DNA from: Dimorphilus gyrociliatus
Lineage: Eukaryota; Animalia; Annelida
DNA: 64,000 nt
Assembly: GCA_904063045.1 (NCBI GenBank)
Contig: CAJFCJ010000002.1
Location: forward strand, 3,777,891 to 3,841,890
Direction of reading: 5' to 3'
Made by a program: the position numbers and the translations under genes. The stretch's first letter is position 1, and each line of letters opens with the position of its first letter. A model generated the notes under the pieces. That model saw only the letters and a program-made list of their open reading frames with translations, was not told the DNA's origin and searched no databases. Shown one piece after another: positions 25,687 through 38,027 of the stretch.

Positions 25687-26887
25687 TCATGACTGTGAAA
25701 TGTAAGTCACCAAGGATAGAAGTAAATTATTAGTAAATAAGCGACAATCACATGTATAATTTAAAGGTTTCTCTATTGTTTTGAGCCTGGTTTAAAGCAG
25801 CTGGCGCATATTAAAAAAACATTCATTCTTCAAACTATTACCGAATCTTCGGTATAAAAGAATTCATGGAAATGTAGAAAAATATATGTATCATACCTTC
25901 GCACACATCTCCATTTTTAGTATAGCCAACATCACAATCGCAAGTTGACGTTGAACACTTTTCAAAATTTCCGGGGCAGTGATCGTCTTGTGTGCAAGCA
26001 TTTCCCAAGTGGGAAGCTGATAAAGATTTACATTAGAAAAGTAAACTTTATTGAAATGCATATATTGTTATTTATTGGTATGATAGAGTTTTACCTATAT
26101 AATTATTACAAACTACGTCTGATGGATTGCATTGAGTAACGCATCCCTTGACATTATTGGCATCAATATTCGGAATAGATATCCCCGAAGCTGTTAATTT
26201 TGAATTAAAGTCGCCATTGTTGAAACAGCCATTTGGCATACTAGTCACTTGAGAGACAGATAAACAATCGCGATAATAGCCTTGTAATTGATCTGGAAAA
26301 GATTATATTGAACATAGTTTTCTCATCGTTCGGTAATATAGAAAAGATAATTACTTGAGTTGTTGGGCAGGGTTATTGCAATACTAACACATTTATGGCC
26401 CGGAGCAACACAACTTTCCTTCTGTGTTGAATTGCTGACCTTGGAACATTGTATTCCATCGGATGTGCTACAAGTATAACATTGTTTTTCAGCCGAACCT
26501 ATAGAGATAGCAATAGAACTTTTAATAAAAATTGATATTTATTTAAAGCTAAACGTTGTGTTTTTTATGAAAGAGTAATTAAAAGGAATCATTTTTCTTT
26601 AATAAAAGATAACGGAAGTATTAAATATTATAAATTTTAAACTTATATATAACTATTCAGAAATATAAAAACAAGTGAGAACGTTTAAAGTTAGGTAATA
26701 AAAATTTAAAAGAATGACCTTTAAAGTGTATAGATACGAACAATCACCACTTGTTAATGAATAAGTTATTGTTAAATTTAAACGAATACTATTGCTTAAA
26801 ATAATATACTAAATATAACAACTTTTTACCTTTAATTATATTGTTTAAGATAATAAGAGTAAGGAATAATGTTGTCCGTAAAAGCAT
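25687..26887 (-). CDS. Small extracellular protein: signal peptide + Ly6/uPAR (three-finger)-like domain + EB (EGF-like) module; 3' end uncertain
   Basis: Exons 26887-26830 (MLLRTTLFLTLIILNNIIKG), 26498-26355 (KQCYTCSTSDGIQC...SC...KCVS), 26292-26095 (RDCL...GC...GCVTQC...VCNN), 26016-25897 (LGNACTQDDHCPGNFEKCSTSTCDCDVGYTKNGDVCE); all phase 1. Terminal exon could be 25800-25751 or 25772-25687. Confidence 0.75.
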
Positions 26888-27246
26888 GACTGATTGAATA
26901 AGCTGTCATCAATTAATATGCTAGTTTTGTACATAGCTTTCACTAATAAATAAAAATTCATGTAGACGTTTATAGTAACTATTAATTTCATACGAAATAT
27001 TTAGAATCCTCTAAGCAACAAGTAATTTAGGTGATAAATTTTTGAATTGTTGTGTAGGAAAATGCCATTCATTTTTTTCTAACGAGGCAAAAAAGTTCAG
27101 CAATAATTCAGTAATAGAACAATATAATTGTTTATGTCAGTTGTTGACCAATTTAATTAATTATTCATAATTAGTTTTAAATATTAATAGACCTTTTTAA
27201 AACTCTATTATAAGTAGTTTAATGTATATTATATACTGTGTATATT

Positions 27247-28997
27247 TTAGACATATCGTATAATAATACCTTTTTTTACTTCGTTTTTTCTATAGAATTT
27301 AATTCTATTAACTGCTCCATAATCTTCGTTATAAAAAGCGATGTTCGTATATTTAGAAAAGGACACATTATTCATCTCTAGTATAGAATTATTAACACTT
27401 TCCATATTGCTACCAAATTGTATAGTGTTATTTTTAACCAAGATCCAAAATTTTCTCCATTCTTTACACTCTAAATACGAATTATTGTTCGAGTTATACA
27501 CAATCGTTGTTATGTTCTTTAAAACATTAAATAGACTTGTCGCTGTTGTTGTTGAATTCCAGTAAAGATCTATTGAGAGTTTAAATAATGATGAGCTATG
27601 GTTTCTAAACTCTAAAGTAATTCCTCCGCATTGTGATCTATTTCCTTTACTTTGACCATATACACCAAAGGAAAAAGTATGTTCACCATTACTTACAGAC
27701 ATAGGAAGATAATAAAGAGCCTTTTCATTTGATCCCTTCTGAATTTCAAATTCTTTCTCTGGTTTAACTATCAATTGTAGAACAAAGAAAAAAATTAGGA
27801 AAATTAGCTAATTTTCACATAGTTAACAACGAACTATGAGTCAAAACGGAAAACGAAAGTAATCCGACAACTGCCGTATTATTTGTCCTTACTGACTTTA
27901 GAACAAGGTTCACTGAACTTTCTTTTGAATTTCCTTTGTATTTAAAGCAATGCTGTTCAAAATTCATTGGTAATGTGACTTCTTGAACAAAACCAGAACC
28001 CCATAAAAGGCTCCAATCTTTAGTAAATGAATTAATGTCATATCTATAAAAATTAAAAAAAAAGAAAGATATACAGTTATATACTACTTTAAAGGTGAAA
28101 TCAATGACAATTCGCAAATACTAATTAACTGCCTTTGCTGCCTACTAACCTATGACTAAAGCAAAATAGCTTAGGAATCTGAGTGGTATAAAAGCTAATA
28201 TTAAGTGTAGAATTAATACATTCTAAAGCTGAGCAGTTAATTTTCCATTCAGTCGACTTGCTATAATCCAAAAGTTCCAAGCAGTTATAATCATTATTCA
28301 ATGATTTTTTATTACTTGAGCAATTACTTCCAGAATAAGATGATGCCATATTGTGGAAATAAACATGATCAGTATCGTTTAGGTTTTTCTGATCTATTTA
28401 TTAATAATAAAAATAAAGAATAGATATAAGTAACGTATTAAGAAAGTGTATTAAATAATTTATATTAAATATACCATCGTAAGCATATATCATTATACTT
28501 CTAAATCCGTTTGTTCCATTTAAAAAAGTATCTTTTATTGATACTTTCATAGAATTGGACATCATTCCTCTTTTGTCTGGTACTAGAAAGCACTTTCCTA
28601 GGAAATCATTATCCAAATTTACATTAAACGATGAGTTATTACTGAAAGTTATCTCAACTTCTTTAACTACTTTTAAAGCAAACTGAAATCTTTGCCACAA
28701 ACATATCTCTAAAACATCGTACGTCTTTTCGAAATAAATCGTCAAAGATTGCTGATTGCACGAACTCTTATCTGTACAATTCGAGGCCCATCCCATTAAT
28801 TCTTGCCAAAAAGGTTTTAAAGCATTTTTGCAATAGTATCTTTCCAGGTTAGACGACAAGAGAAAAGTAGTTGTTGCCGTACAATTTGAATTACTTGCTA
28901 TATTAATTAAACCACCGTTAATATTTGGAAAAGAGCAATTTATATATTTTTCAAAAAGTATAAAAATCACAAAACAACTGCAAAAAATATTTTTCAT
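27247..28997 (-). CDS. Secreted Asn-rich orphan (~498 aa) with two divergent discoidin/F5-8C-like repeats and a C-terminal region loosely resembling the farnesoic-acid O-methyltransferase (Methyltransf_FA) domain
   Basis: Exons 28997-28475, 28393-28150, 28043-27835, 27767-27247 (1,497 nt, in frame, GT-AG). Signal peptide MKNIFCSCFVIFILFEKYINC; internal repeat N(I/M)AS..S.C...NC/YC...W..NC....C...L.I.F; EWRKFWILVKNNTIQFGS in the last exon. Domain names are by-eye resemblance only. Confidence 0.7.
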
Positions 28998-29075
28998 TTT
29001 CAGTTCTTCAAACTTCAAACGACTAAACTCTTAGCTTAAACTTTATCTGTGCATCACTTGAAGTTAATCAAACTC

Positions 29076-29101
29076 TATATATATATATATATATATATAT
29101 A
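29076..29101. repeat. (TA)13 microsatellite
   Basis: Direct read. Confidence 0.95.
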
Positions 29102-30059
29102 TTTCCTGAAAACTAACTATTCATAATGTACAAACAGGTTTTTTTTTAAATGCTTGTATTATTAATTAAACAACTGATACTTTAATTATAAATTATACTT
29201 TCAAAAGTAACTATAACAAATGAAGAACGGTTCAGTACACATTTAAAAAAAAGTTCTTTTACAGAATAGGTTGAAAATGTAAAATATAAATCATGATAAT
29301 TTGTATTGACTGTTTAATATATACAATATTATTTATTAACTATATAAAAGAGTAGGGATACATTATGCTTTTATATTTATTTTATAAAGAGATGATAATA
29401 AACGCTTTTATTTTTCGTTTCTGTTATAGTTTTAGGTTATTTTGAAGCGTTACTTTTAATTTCATACTACTAAACTACGTAAAATTTTAGTATACAGTTT
29501 CAGAATTTTGTTTACAAACAATTACTTCGTATAACCTAGCCAAACAAGGAATAGATAAAACTGACAAAGTGTAAATAATTAATGATACCTAGGACCAATA
29601 TATCTCTTGGCTTCATATTATTCAATAATTCATATATCACATTGCAATATACATCTTTGTGCTGAGTATAAACGTATTTACAGTTATACTGGAAAACTCA
29701 AATCATCTAATAAGCATATATTATAATAACTAAAGTAAAAAATTGTAGCCATATCTTTATATTATTATTTTAGATTTTATACAAAAAGAGAACCATATTT
29801 TTATTTAGTTTACTCGTGTTGTTTGTACCATATCTGTTACAGTTTCATTAAAATTTATACTAGAGGAAGCATTTACTTACTCTAATATAGATATTTAGCT
29901 GAAAGGGAGGAAAACAAGTCTATTAAGACTTTCAATAGATAAATTAATATATCTATTAATTTCATGATTAATTCGTAGATTCTTATTCAATACATTTTCA
30001 ATTTATTATGAATAAAGGAAAATTATTCATTAGCTGAATCGAATTAAAAACTTCACTTT

Positions 30060-30840
30060 TCAGAGAGGTGTATTCTTCATATATCACTTCAATGGAAAAA
30101 AAAACTTATACTCGATTCAAAATAGACAAATAGTGAATTGTCACAAAGCAGAATCTTATTGCATTTTCATCCAATCAGAAGCTATAAATTCATAAATTCA
30201 TCCATGTTTAATACAATAAAACATCAGCTTCACAAATGAGATTCTTTCTCCGTGTTAGCATAATTTTAATTTTAATTAGCACATATAAAACTCTTTCCTA
30301 TTGGAGATAATAAACTTGGTTCGTAATAGAGATTGAACTTAATTGTAGAATTAATATCAATGCAGCCATTTCCTCTACAATTTATAGTCTATTCAGCATA
30401 TAAATTGTTATTTATAGCAACAGTACAATTCCAATTATGATTATTAACGATACATTTTCCTCCAATTTTTGCCGAAGCTAAAATTATATAATTATTACTT
30501 TCTGTAATATAGTTAATTGTATGCTATATAAATAAAATTATTTACTTAACTACAGGAAAGAAAAAGAAACAATAACTCTGAAGATGTTCTTATGTTCTTT
30601 GTAAACATATAGCACTTGCAAATCACAGTTTCTCTCTTATAGTAAGCGGAGAAATGAGTAGCTTAATCTCAGGTAATCCTATAAATTTTTTTCTATGAAG
30701 AATCATATCTTTCTTGCCAGATCTGCTGTCTATTTCAAGAGTATAAATGCGATACCAACACTATAAGAATTAAATAAACGAATCGAAATAAGATATAGGC
30801 TTAGTAAAAGTTACTTTTAAAGAATTCATTCTGAAAATAG
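30060..30840 (-). pseudogene. Decayed paralogue of the 27247-28997 discoidin-like gene
   Basis: Minus-strand frames read ILASAKIGGKCIVNNHNWNCTVAINNNLYAE*TINCRGNGCIDINSTIKF, against NMASSYSGSNC...NDYNC...TEWKINCSALECINSTLNISF in the intact gene. Further degenerate pieces (IG*KC...SLFVYFES; NSLKVTFTKP) carry several stops and a frameshift in a T9 run. Confidence 0.6.
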
Positions 30841-31946
30841 ATATTTTACGTCTTTCCAGTAGGATTTCAAATAAAATGGTCTTTTTTGCAGTATCCTCAT
30901 AACCTTGAATATTAACATAAATAGTCTATTGAAGGTAAGATAATGACAATATAAGACTCCTGATGCAAATGTTAAGGATAAAAAAGTCATTGTTATAGAA
31001 GAGAATGCTTGGAAAAGGCTAAAGTGACCAACTGGGTAATCAATTGGGTATTAATTGCCTTATTCAATGCAAAAACCTTTACAAGATGGAATAGAAAATA
31101 GAACTATATTACTAATATAATAGGTTTTCTCAGCTAACAAAGATGGTAAAGCTGATTTATTGATATTTTTTAAAAGAAATACATTTGCGTTCTACACATT
31201 CCACATTGAAATAGTTTGAAAGCTCGGAAATGTTTTTCTGACGCATTTTTCGTGGACACTCTTTAACAAAATAGAACCTTTACTGTATCTAAATGAGCCC
31301 TATGAACTAGGAAATGGAATAGGGGAAGAAGGCATACAAATAACATGCCGGTCTTTAGCAAGAATAATAATGAAAGGGTCTCATCTGCAATATTTTCAAT
31401 AGATTGATGTTATTTGTCCTCAAGAGTGATTTACTATTCGTTTATAAAAGAATAATATTTTGCCTATTCTTTTATTTAGTTTAATAAAATATTCAATTTT
31501 TAATTACTATTCGTAATTAAATAACTAGGTAAATTGGAATGATTTGACTATTTGCTCTTAGATTAATATTTCTCCAGGGGGTATTGTGGAAGAGTGAAGC
31601 GCCAAAATAAAAAAGTTAATAGCTGGTAAGTTAGTCTTTTAAAAATTCAATTTGTATTTAATCTCAAATACTAATATTAATATATATTTAAAACAGATAT
31701 TATTTTAAGTAGATATACCAACATCATGAATACCCTGTTAACATTTTTAAAAATTCCATCTAATGATAATATCCTTCATTTGATGATTTAAATATCTGAT
31801 TATGCTAATTTATTTCGTATTTTATGATCCATTTAATGAATGTTTTTTGTCAAATTTACCAAAAGAAAGCTTTAAAAAGATTTTAGAATTTTCAAGAAAA
31901 AAAACAGACGTATTGATAGAGTTTCTTTGCCTCATTTTGTCTTTCG

Positions 31947-34900
31947 TTACTTAAATCTCATTTTATAGGAAAGTAGATAGCCTTTATCCCATGAAAAAAT
32001 TTCCCTCTGCTCTGGATTATAAGATAGCATTGTATTGTGTCTAAAAGGATCCGTAAAGTTTAACTTTGCTTTTATTTCTTGATTTTTCATTAAGTCGTAA
32101 GCAGAAGTAACTGCAAATTTATGACTTGCAGTTTTCCTATCTGTTCTTTGTTCAACGAGATAGAGTATACCGCATATAATAACTGAATTCCGGTATCTTG
32201 ATTGCTCATAGTTTAAATTCCATTCTTTACTTTTACCTCCTCCCGAAACAAGATCTATTTTAATTATCTTTAAGTAGGATAGCTCAGAGTACATGACCCA
32301 TATTCCATTCTCATCGGCCGATATATCAAATATAATGTATCTCGTTGTATAAAGTTCTTCACTAGCTCCGGGGCCTTCTACATTATAGACAATAGTTGAA
32401 CGATTTCTCTTAACTTTCGATGGACTACGTAAATCATATTTAATGATTGACTTTGTTCCTGCTCTATGATAATAAAATGCTTGGTTATGAATAACATGCT
32501 CAGTTCCGTGAAAGTCATAGTCTAAATCATAAATTCTTCCCTCGATATCTCGAATAAAATGCTCGCGATTCGAGTACTCTTTTAGCTGAAAAAATTAAAC
32601 GAATGATAATATAAAACGGACGCCATCTGTAGTTTTATATACGTACTATTGAACCCTCTGTATGAGAAGTTACGTAAAACTTTTTAGCATCAGTAACCGT
32701 TTTTGGTGCAGTATCCGTCATAAAAGACCCCCAATACGTTTCGGAATACTTTTCAAAAACTGGTGTACCAATAGCATCCACTTGGCCACATTCTTTGAAA
32801 AAGGAAATTTTGTTTTTTAAAACAGTAACAAACCAATTTAGTTTGTCAATTACACTATATAAACTCATATAATAATAACAATAACAATAATAATAGACAG
32901 AAAGGGAATTGAAAATAAATTTGTCGATATTTTAATAAAAAAAACAACACGAAAAAAGTGGCGTTATAAATTGAACGTACTTCGATTTCTGCTTGACTCC
33001 CGATTCAACTTTGTTCCGGGGCTTTGTTGACTCGCTTGAGCTGTAAAATGTTCAATGATGCGAAGACTAAATGTTTATTCTATTCATAATACATGTATTT
33101 TATAGTTTTTAACCCAAAAGCAAAAATAAAAGAGTGTATAGATTTTTTTGTCCATTGTGTAAAACTGTGATTTTTTTCTCTCTCTCATTTCTCTTTACAT
33201 ACTTATGTATAATTAAGTTATTTCATAGTGTAGCTAAAGGCATCTATATTTATTTATATAAAAGCTTAATGTAGTCTTTTTCTTATCAACACAAAATGTA
33301 AGGTTTAATATTGAAAAAAATACAAATTGTACTTATCTTTGCATACATATTTACAAGAATTATACTGTACTTTATACAAATATTTCTATAACTTACATAT
33401 ATCTATTATATTAGTATATTCTTTTATATGTATACATAGTCGTTTGTTTTTTTTTTAATTGTGTGCTTACTAGTTGTAGGTTCGACAGCTGGAGGCATAA
33501 TTCTCATACCAGAATCCGGTACTACTTTCGAAAGTGAAGAATCTGGAAGATTGGAAAAATTATTCTCGTGCTTTTTCTTTTTGTTTTGAAAGATGGAAAG
33601 ATGGTTTTGTAATGTTTTTTATTTCTTTTATTCTTTATTCTTTTAAAAGAATTCAATAAAAGTTTCTTTTTATTATTATTATTATTTTCTTATCGGTTAT
33701 AGGAAATTAATCGACTGGATTATTACTAAGTGATTATAATGTTATTAAAGGAGTATAGGATTACGTAATTGGTCAATTTATATTATTCCAATAAAAAAAT
33801 TCTTTTAGTATGTATTTAATACACAAAAAATATTAATAAAATAACCAAATATTTATTATAATTTATGAATAATAATATTAATAAAATCTATATTTACTAA
33901 TCTAATTATCTTACCATTCATTACATATATTACGCATATATTGTAGGTACATTTATATATTTATATATATATATATATATATATAAATGTTTGCATACAT
34001 CAAATATAATATAAGTACTTATATATATTTATGTACCTTTAATAGGTTTATTAATATTCATTATTTAGTTAAAGCTATCGGAAAAATATAAGTACTTTTA
34101 CTGTTTACTTAATTGGAAAAAATCGTATAGACTTTCACACATGCAAATAGTAGCAAGATCAACTAAATTGCGAATTATATCTCATTTACGACAAAATTTT
34201 ATTACCTTCCTTACATTTTTCTCCTTTGTCTCCTATATAATAAAATAACATATATAAAATAAGTGATAGTGTTTTTTATGATGTTCTTCTTTACGAAAAT
34301 CTTACCTTTATCCCCTTTATAACCAATGAAACCTATTAGTCCTCTATCCCCTTTTGCTCCTCTATCTCCTTTATCTCCTTTCAACCCTTCGCCAGTACCT
34401 AATTAACATAATAAAGAGCTTTCAACTAAACTTTTAGAGCAATAAATATTATTATACTACAATTGCAAGCTGCAGTGTCTCCTTTTGAACCTTTCCTGCC
34501 TCGTCTGCCTCTTACACCATCAGTCCCATTGTAGCCAGGTTCACCTTTCAAATTGAGAGTAAAATTTTTTAGCAAAAATGTATTCATGTAGAAGAAACTT
34601 ACCTGGAGGCCCAGGAGGTCCAATATCACCTTTTTCTCCCTTTTTACCTGGAAATAGGTATTGATTTATAAATTTATTTAAAAAAGCAGGATAGTATCGA
34701 ACTGTTTTATTTTTAGAACGAAACTTACAAGTCGTAGGACAATTACTTCCTTTTCCAAATTCATTTTCTGAAAGTTGAAAATGGATGATAAGTACATGAA
34801 CTTTATAGTTTTATTGTCGACATAAATAGCTATAGGTTTCAGAGAGAAATACGTTGAAAGAAAGCCCTCCTCTCCCTCCCCCTCCCCCACCGTACAATAA

Positions 34901-37900
34901 ATTATATATATGATGTATCTAGCTGTGTGTGTGTGTGTGTCTGATAAATGAAAGAATCCTTTTCAATGCTCCATTACAAATAGTTAGATTTTTAAGGTTT
35001 GACCTCTTTCTTTGTTTTGTATCTGCTAATGACCATTAACAAATATCAGTAATAAAAAAACATCCGTATAAAAGTTAAAGAAAACGTAAAAAATTGATAA
35101 TAAAAATGATCAAATGTTTGCTTTGGTTTTAGTTTGTTTTAAAATATTTTATATAAAATAGGAAAAATAATTATTACATCCAATTACAAAATGATCTTTA
35201 GATCAAACAAACATTATATTTTTTTGATATCGTAAAAAGCTACTGGCAAAATATCGCGTACTACGCTGTTTCTGTTTGCCCTTGAAAGCTCAAACTTTAT
35301 TAAGCCATTTTCAAAGAAATTTGTTTGTTCAAAGGCGTTTAGAAGGGGAAATAAGGGAAGTGATAGCAGATAAACAGACGAAATAAAACCTCTATATAAC
35401 TTTAGAGTTCAAAAGCCGACTCTTTTCCTTTGGATTTGACAATAGGAATAGTATCTATTAATTATAGCTTAAAGATATGTGTACTACCAGTTGTTCTTCT
35501 TTAAGAATGATTATGAACTAGTAAAATGTTGCATTTGTGCTAAATACTGTATATATTTGTTATATACAGTTTCTTCATATGCTGTATATATATTGTATAT
35601 ATAGTCATTTTAATAATATAAAAATATAAAAGAGATATATACTATTTGAAGTTTATAGAAATTCTATTTTAGTTTAAAGAGAAAAGTCTTTTTGAAACTA
35701 TTCTCTCTTTCCCTCTCAAATTCTCGCTTTCCCTCCCTGACTTTTTCTCCTCCACCCACCTCTCTCTCTCTCTCTCTCCTTCTCTGTAGAACGAAAAAAA
35801 TTTGAAATAAAAGCTACTTGGAAAGAAAGAAATCCTTCATTTAAAAAATACAGTATATAGTATCAATTTCTACGATAACAACTTCATTCTTTATTCACTG
35901 TTATCCTTCCCGCTCTTTATTTGCTTGTATGTTTTTTTATATTAATAAATTACAGATAAAATATACTTTATTAATAAGAAATTTTATACCTGTACCACAC
36001 TTTTTTGCTAACTTTTGGCAAATTTCTCCGAATTGATCCACCTGTAAGAATTAGAATTGCTTAGAAAAATAAACACTCGAGATGATTGAAAGACTGGCAC
36101 TAATCCAGTAAAGAACGTAATTGAATTCGACTTTATATAACGTTCCATTTGGTAAAATCGCATCCATTCTCCCAGATAATTCAATAGAATGCTTTTGTTG
36201 TATGAAATAGCGTCTACCCCTAACCCTAGAGCTCTTCCTTCCTTTCCCGAGAAAAGCTTTAGAGGCTCATAATAAACTGAATCACGGATAACAGCTTCCC
36301 CCTCTACTTCTTATCCATCTTCATTTCCATAAAATATTTAATTTTCCCATCAAGTTGACACTTTTTCAACTTCTATCTTAATTACGTAGTTTCCGATAAA
36401 AAGTATTATTACAAATTGAGTTGTTAAATGGCTACTTTGAAATATTTTAATTGATAGGGAAATTATCTAATAATCAAACGATTCTCCATCAGTTCTATTA
36501 CAAAATTAATAAATTTGCTTAATAAGCAAACAATATCAAAATAATTTGATTACTTTAAAAACAGAGAAACTAGCCATTTCAACACAAAATTAGGATTATC
36601 ATTTTCTTCTTATCATATTAATTCGTATCATTAGTTGGAAAAAGGAAGAAAAGATGAAAAATATTTAGATTATTTACCGTTTTCTAATACTTTTTGTAGT
36701 ATCAAAGGCAAGGCGAAGAAAGAAAAGATCATCCAATTAAAGTTAATCAGAAAAAGAAAAAACTTCGTTTGGATGTTTATAAAATAAATAAAAATATTAC
36801 GCATTCAACTCAAAATCTCTCATTCTATAATTAAACTAATCACAAAGAAAGAGAGAAAGAAATCCTCTCCTTTCTTTACTTTTTTTCTTTTTCTCTCCGC
36901 TCAATTGCTATACTATACATGTATACAGTATATATATTTTTTCCCTTAATATTTTCCAGCAAAGCTACAATCTATATCCATAAAAGGAAACTTAAGAGGA
37001 AACAAACTTTTCTCTAATTCTTTCATATAAGCTGTGAATATGTTTTTATCGCTTTAAGAGAGAGCAAAACTCTCCAGTTGAAGAATGTTTTTGTAATAAT
37101 TATTCTCAAGAGATCCATTTATACTTTCTTCGAAAACTAACTAAATCTTTTCTCTCTTGTTCTCAACTGCTTTTCTCTTCATCCCTTTTATTTTATTATT
37201 AAGTTCAAAGAAACTAAAGTTAGGCCTAGCAAACTTGTGAAAATTTTTTACTTTATATTATATATATATATATATATATCATTTATATGGATAAAGTAGA
37301 TCGTCTGTCCAAAATACAATACCTAATCTATTTTTTTTCTATAATAACATGTCGTAAACTATTAAGTTTAATGAAAATCCTGTAAAATAAAATGATATGT
37401 ATATAAATAAGATATAATCTTATTATTAGAAAATACTATACATGTAAAATATATAAAACTATTTATTATACTAATATGCTTATCTTGTTTAGTTTAACAA
37501 CTTCTATCAATGTTCAGTAAGAAATGAGAAAGGGTTTTGGTATGAAAACGGTAAACGTTAAAAAATATACTTTCCTATTCTTTATGCAAAATCAATAGGA
37601 ATAATTAAAATTTCTTGCTCTTTAAGAGTTTTCTTGTTGATTTTGGACAAACAGAGAAATTAATCTCTTCAATTTTGTTTTTCTTTTTCAAAATAAGAAA
37701 AAGAAAAGAAAATGAAGTTTATCTTCTCTCTTTCTTTCCTCTTTTATACCTGTTTTATCATATTTACCGTTAGTTTTGTCTTGGATTCAACAAATACGTA
37801 ATCGTCATTTCGAATGCTTCTTTTTCCTCTGACGACAGAATGTACTTCGTATTTCTTATTGCCAATAATAAAGATTGCGGCCGACAACGATAATGTTACG

Positions 37901-37971
37901 GCTAAGAGTAACGTATAAAGTATACGAATGTGGAGGAAAACTCTCTGTTCCGAAATCTTATCTCCGCTCAT
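31947..37971 (-). CDS. GLDN: Gliomedin/colmedin-like type II membrane protein: TM - furin site - short collagen - olfactomedin (~474 aa, 10 exons)
   Basis: Exons 37971-37768, 36041-35990, 34647-34603, 34544-34458, 34398-34306, 34232-34206, 33542-33471, 33040-32981, 32792-32647, 32585-31947 (1,425 nt, in frame). N-terminal TM, RGKR, Gly-X-Y runs, and OLF motifs (WGSFMTD, FHGTEHVIHN, ADENGIWVMY, NSVIICGILY, TMLSYNP, FSWDKG). Confidence 0.9.
33962..33985. repeat. (TA)12 microsatellite
   Basis: Direct read; in a gliomedin-like intron. Confidence 0.95.
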
Positions 37972-38001
37972 ATTCTTCACAAAATGAGGGACTAGCGCAA
38001 A

Positions 38002-38027
38002 GTCACGTGACCAAAATATAAGCCAAT
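38002..38027 (-). promoter_or_regulatory. Palindromic E-box GTCACGTGAC with a nearby CCAAT, just upstream of the gliomedin-like start
   Basis: GTCACGTGAC at 38002-38011, 31 nt upstream of the ATG at 37971; CCAAT at 38023-38027 on the + strand. Confidence 0.45.

Noticed and set aside
31226-31402. Plus-strand frame ELGNGIGEEGIQITCRSLARII resembling a ribonuclease-inhibitor-type LRR
   Set aside because: A single short match with no start, splice support or neighbouring repeats.
36008-36310. ~100-codon stop-free minus-strand frame in gliomedin-like intron 1
   Set aside because: No recognisable motif and no good start or acceptor. Several frames this long are expected by chance in the window's non-coding DNA.
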